28,333 nt of DNA from Pseudomonadota bacterium (GTDB taxonomy: Bacteria > UBA10199 > 2-02-FULL-44-16 > JAAZCA01): positions 1 to 28,333 of the forward strand of contig JAZDOG010000031.1 of the NCBI GenBank assembly GCA_043798915.1. Reading direction: 5' to 3'. The notes under the pieces were generated by a model. That model saw only the letters and a program-made list of their open reading frames with translations, did no database searches and was not told the origin of the DNA. The translations under genes were made by a program, and so were the position numbers. Each line of letters opens with the position of its first letter. The first letter of the stretch is position 1. Below, piece after piece: positions 26,166 to 28,333 of this stretch.

Positions 26166-26182
26166 GGCAAATTGCATGCCAA
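26166..26182 (-). promoter_or_regulatory. Putative sigma54 promoter
   Basis: Minus strand TTGGCATGCAATTTGCC (GG-N10-GC, TTGC). Confidence 0.65.
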
Positions 26183-26302
26183 TAAGGTCGTTTTTGCCGA
26201 TGATAGCCGGAGTTTTTTAAAAATTCTTTAATTTACTTATAGTTAGGCAGGGATGCGTTTATCGACTTGCGTTGCCCGAAGACGGTCGGCATGATTGAAA
26301 AT

Positions 26303-26896
26303 ATGGCGATAATGGAGTTCAGGAGACAGCTCGTTTTGGCCACCGCGTCGGAGGCGAGGAGACACCTCGTGGCCGAGGCGGGGTTCGAATTTCTCACCGA
26401 TGCGGTGGATATCGACGAATCGCCGAGGGCTGGCGAGGAGATCGACGACTATGTCCTGAGGCTTGCGCGCGCCAAGGCCGAGGGCGCGGTCCCTCCCGGG
26501 CTCGATGCGGTGATCGTCGCCGTCGACACGGCGATCGGCCTCGACGGCATTATAATCGGCAAACCCGGCGACGAAATCCATGCCAGGGAGATGCTCAGGA
26601 TGTTCTCCGGCCGCGCCCATGTGGTGGTGAGCGCGATCGCCCTGCGCGATGTCGCCGCCGCTTCTCTCGACGTGGAGATCACGCGCACAGAGGTCAGGTT
26701 CGTGGAGATGACCGATAAGGTCATCGATTGGTATATCGACTCCGGAGAGTGGAGAGGCCGCGCGGGCGCATATGCGATTCAGGGCAAGGGCGCGGCTCTC
26801 GTAGCAGATGTGAGGGGCTGCTTCACAAACGTCATCGGGATATCGATGCCGACGTTCCTCAGGATGCTCAAGTCCGTGACCCCGTCGGTCCATTGA
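26303..26896 (+). CDS. maf: Maf family nucleoside triphosphate pyrophosphatase
   Basis: LATASEARR, IDES, RLARAKA, AVDT, IGKP, GRAGAYAIQG, NVIG. Start uncertain (26291/26303/26312). Confidence 0.85.
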   Translation: MAIMEFRRQLVLATASEARRHLVAEAGFEFLTDAVDIDESPRAGEEIDDYVLRLARAKAEGAVPPGLDAVIVAVDTAIGLDGIIIGKPGDEIHAREMLRMFSGRAHVVVSAIALRDVAAASLDVEITRTEVRFVEMTDKVIDWYIDSGEWRGRAGAYAIQGKGAALVADVRGCFTNVIGISMPTFLRMLKSVTPSVH

Positions 26897-27863
26897 AGAA
26901 TTCCTCGATCGTCGACTTGAGTTCGGCGATGTCGCGGGCCCGGTGGGATCTCTGAAGGAACTTCTTCACGCCGCTGATTCCTTTTCCGTACCACGGGAGC
27001 GTTGATCTCATGCTCAGAAGCGCCATGCGCTCTCCGATGAGCGCGCTCAGTTCATCGAGATGCCTTATCGCTGTCCTTCCTCGATCGTGGCGCGACGGAG
27101 GCGAGCTGTCGCCATCGAGCATTTGCCGGAATATCCATGGGTTTCCCAGCGTCGCCCTCCCGATCATCACGCCGTCGCAGCCGGTCTCTTCCATCATTCG
27201 CAGCGCATCGTCGCGGCACTTGATATCGCCGTTGCCGATCACCGGTATCTTGAGCGCCGCCTTCACGCGGGCGATGATTTTCCAATCGGACCTGCCTTTG
27301 AAGAACTGTTGTCGCGTTCGGGGATGGACGATCACCGCATCCGCGCCCTCGGCCTCGGCGGCGTGCGCGATCTCCTCGCAGTTGATCGATCCCGCGTCCC
27401 ACCCGGACCTGATCTTCACGGTGAGCGGGCGGCTGGTGGAGAACCTCGCTGCCCTGATGACTTCCGCCGCCCTCTTTGGCGTGCGCATGAGCGCAGCGCC
27501 GGCGCCGCCCGAGCAGACCTTTTTGACGGGGCAGCCCATGTTGATGTCGATGAGATCGATCTCCTCGTCCTCGAGCGCCTTGAGGGCATCTGCGATCGAA
27601 CTGGGGTTGGCGCCGAATATCTGAAGGCCGAACGGCCGCGCCCGAGCGTCATTTATGAAATAGCGCCGTGTGCGCGCCTGTGTGCGGATCACCCCTTCCG
27701 CCGAGACCATCTCCGAGATGGCGAGCGCGCAGCCCTGCTCGATCGCGAGGAGGCGATAGGGGAGGGAGGATAGCCCCGCCATAGGCGCCGCGATCAGGTT
27801 GTTTCCGAGTTTGAGCGAGCCGATCTTCAGCGGGCGAAATATTTTATCTGATGTCTGCTTCAT
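26868..27863 (-). CDS. dusB: tRNA-dihydrouridine synthase
   Basis: APMAG, SEMVS, QIFG, DINMGCPVKKV, GAALM, TVKIRSGWD, HPRTR, GNGDI, GVMIGR, GNPWIF. Confidence 0.93.
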   Translation of the reverse strand: MKQTSDKIFRPLKIGSLKLGNNLIAAPMAGLSSLPYRLLAIEQGCALAISEMVSAEGVIRTQARTRRYFINDARARPFGLQIFGANPSSIADALKALEDEEIDLIDINMGCPVKKVCSGGAGAALMRTPKRAAEVIRAARFSTSRPLTVKIRSGWDAGSINCEEIAHAAEAEGADAVIVHPRTRQQFFKGRSDWKIIARVKAALKIPVIGNGDIKCRDDALRMMEETGCDGVMIGRATLGNPWIFRQMLDGDSSPPSRHDRGRTAIRHLDELSALIGERMALLSMRSTLPWYGKGISGVKKFLQRSHRARDIAELKSTIEEFFNGPTGSRT

Positions 27864-28333
27864 TTAATCCTTCAGCGAATATCTCACGGTCACCGTTATC
27901 GGACCCGGGTAGAATGGAAGTGGGGCTGCCCGGCGGACCGCTTCCACCGCAGCCTCGTCGAGGAGCGCCTCGCCGCACGATGTGGCGACGCCGGCCGATT
28001 TCACCGAGCCGTCCTCCCCGATTGCGAATGTCACTCGCGGCGCGCCCTCGATGCGGCGGCTCCGGGCGATCTGAGGATAATACTTCGAGCTGTTGATCCG
28101 TTTCCAGATGCGCTGGAGCGCAGGATCACCGGCGCCTGCGTGGCTTGCGCTGGAGCCACTGCCACTGCCCGGGACAACTCCTCCTTCTGAGGCAACCTCG
28201 GAGGGGGAAACCCCCTCCCCGCCGCGTGCGCCGCGGCTCCCCCCCCCCGCCGAGGAAGGGGGGGGTCTCCCCGGGCGTGTTTTGGGTGCCGCCAGGCTGC
28301 GGGTGTGCCCGCCGGCGGCGCGTCCCGCGCCCC
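27864..28333 (-). CDS. TonB family energy transducer, C-terminal part (5'-partial, not in ORF track)
   Basis: Manual translation: G/S-rich linker, then RINSSKYYPQIARSRRIEGAPRVTFAIGEDGSV...SCGEALLDEAAVEAVRRAAPLP...RYSLKD*. Its stop abuts the dusB ATG. Confidence 0.85.
   Translation of the reverse strand, partial: GAGRAAGGHTRSLAAPKTRPGRPPPSSAGGGSRGARGGEGVSPSEVASEGGVVPGSGSGSSASHAGAGDPALQRIWKRINSSKYYPQIARSRRIEGAPRVTFAIGEDGSVKSAGVATSCGEALLDEAAVEAVRRAAPLPFYPGPITVTVRYSLKD

Noticed and set aside
26196..26203. GCCGATGA as a sigma28 promoter for maf
   Set aside because: Mismatched -10 box and no -35 element.
28200..28333. Long C/G homopolymer runs as a phase-variation tract in tonB
   Set aside because: They lie at the sequence end in a low-complexity linker, could be low-quality base calls, and the frame stays open.
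1..28333. CRISPR array, tRNA/rRNA, transposase/integrase, parS
   Set aside because: No spaced direct repeats, cloverleaf, recombinase motifs or parS palindrome noticed by eye; a computational scan would be needed to exclude them fully.

Overview
GC-rich bacterial chromosomal segment; gene content (PilZ, PhaR-like regulator, hrcA-grpE, LpoA-like lipoprotein, FlhG-like ATPase) suggests a deltaproteobacterial-type lineage (inference). It holds about 33 CDS. Housekeeping genes include thiE-thiD, a CPA2 antiporter, Glu dehydrogenase, a POT transporter, hemW, a beta-CASP RNase, hrcA, grpE, maf, dusB and a partial TonB. There are two toxin-antitoxin pairs (MNT-HEPN and RHH-RelE). No rRNA, tRNA, CRISPR or transposase was seen. 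Main oddities: (1) a putative sigma54/IHF-driven operon with an orphan, a FlhG/MinD ATPase, a catalytically dead NucS-like protein, a ParA ATPase and a second orphan, with no ParB; (2) three near-identical sigma54 boxes, each before a small orphan ORF, one paired with a sigma28-like box; (3) several apparent pseudo-enzymes; (4) an unannotated 41-aa membrane peptide leading a PhaR cluster; (5) REP/MITE-like palindromes. All family calls come from motif recognition by eye, not database searches.
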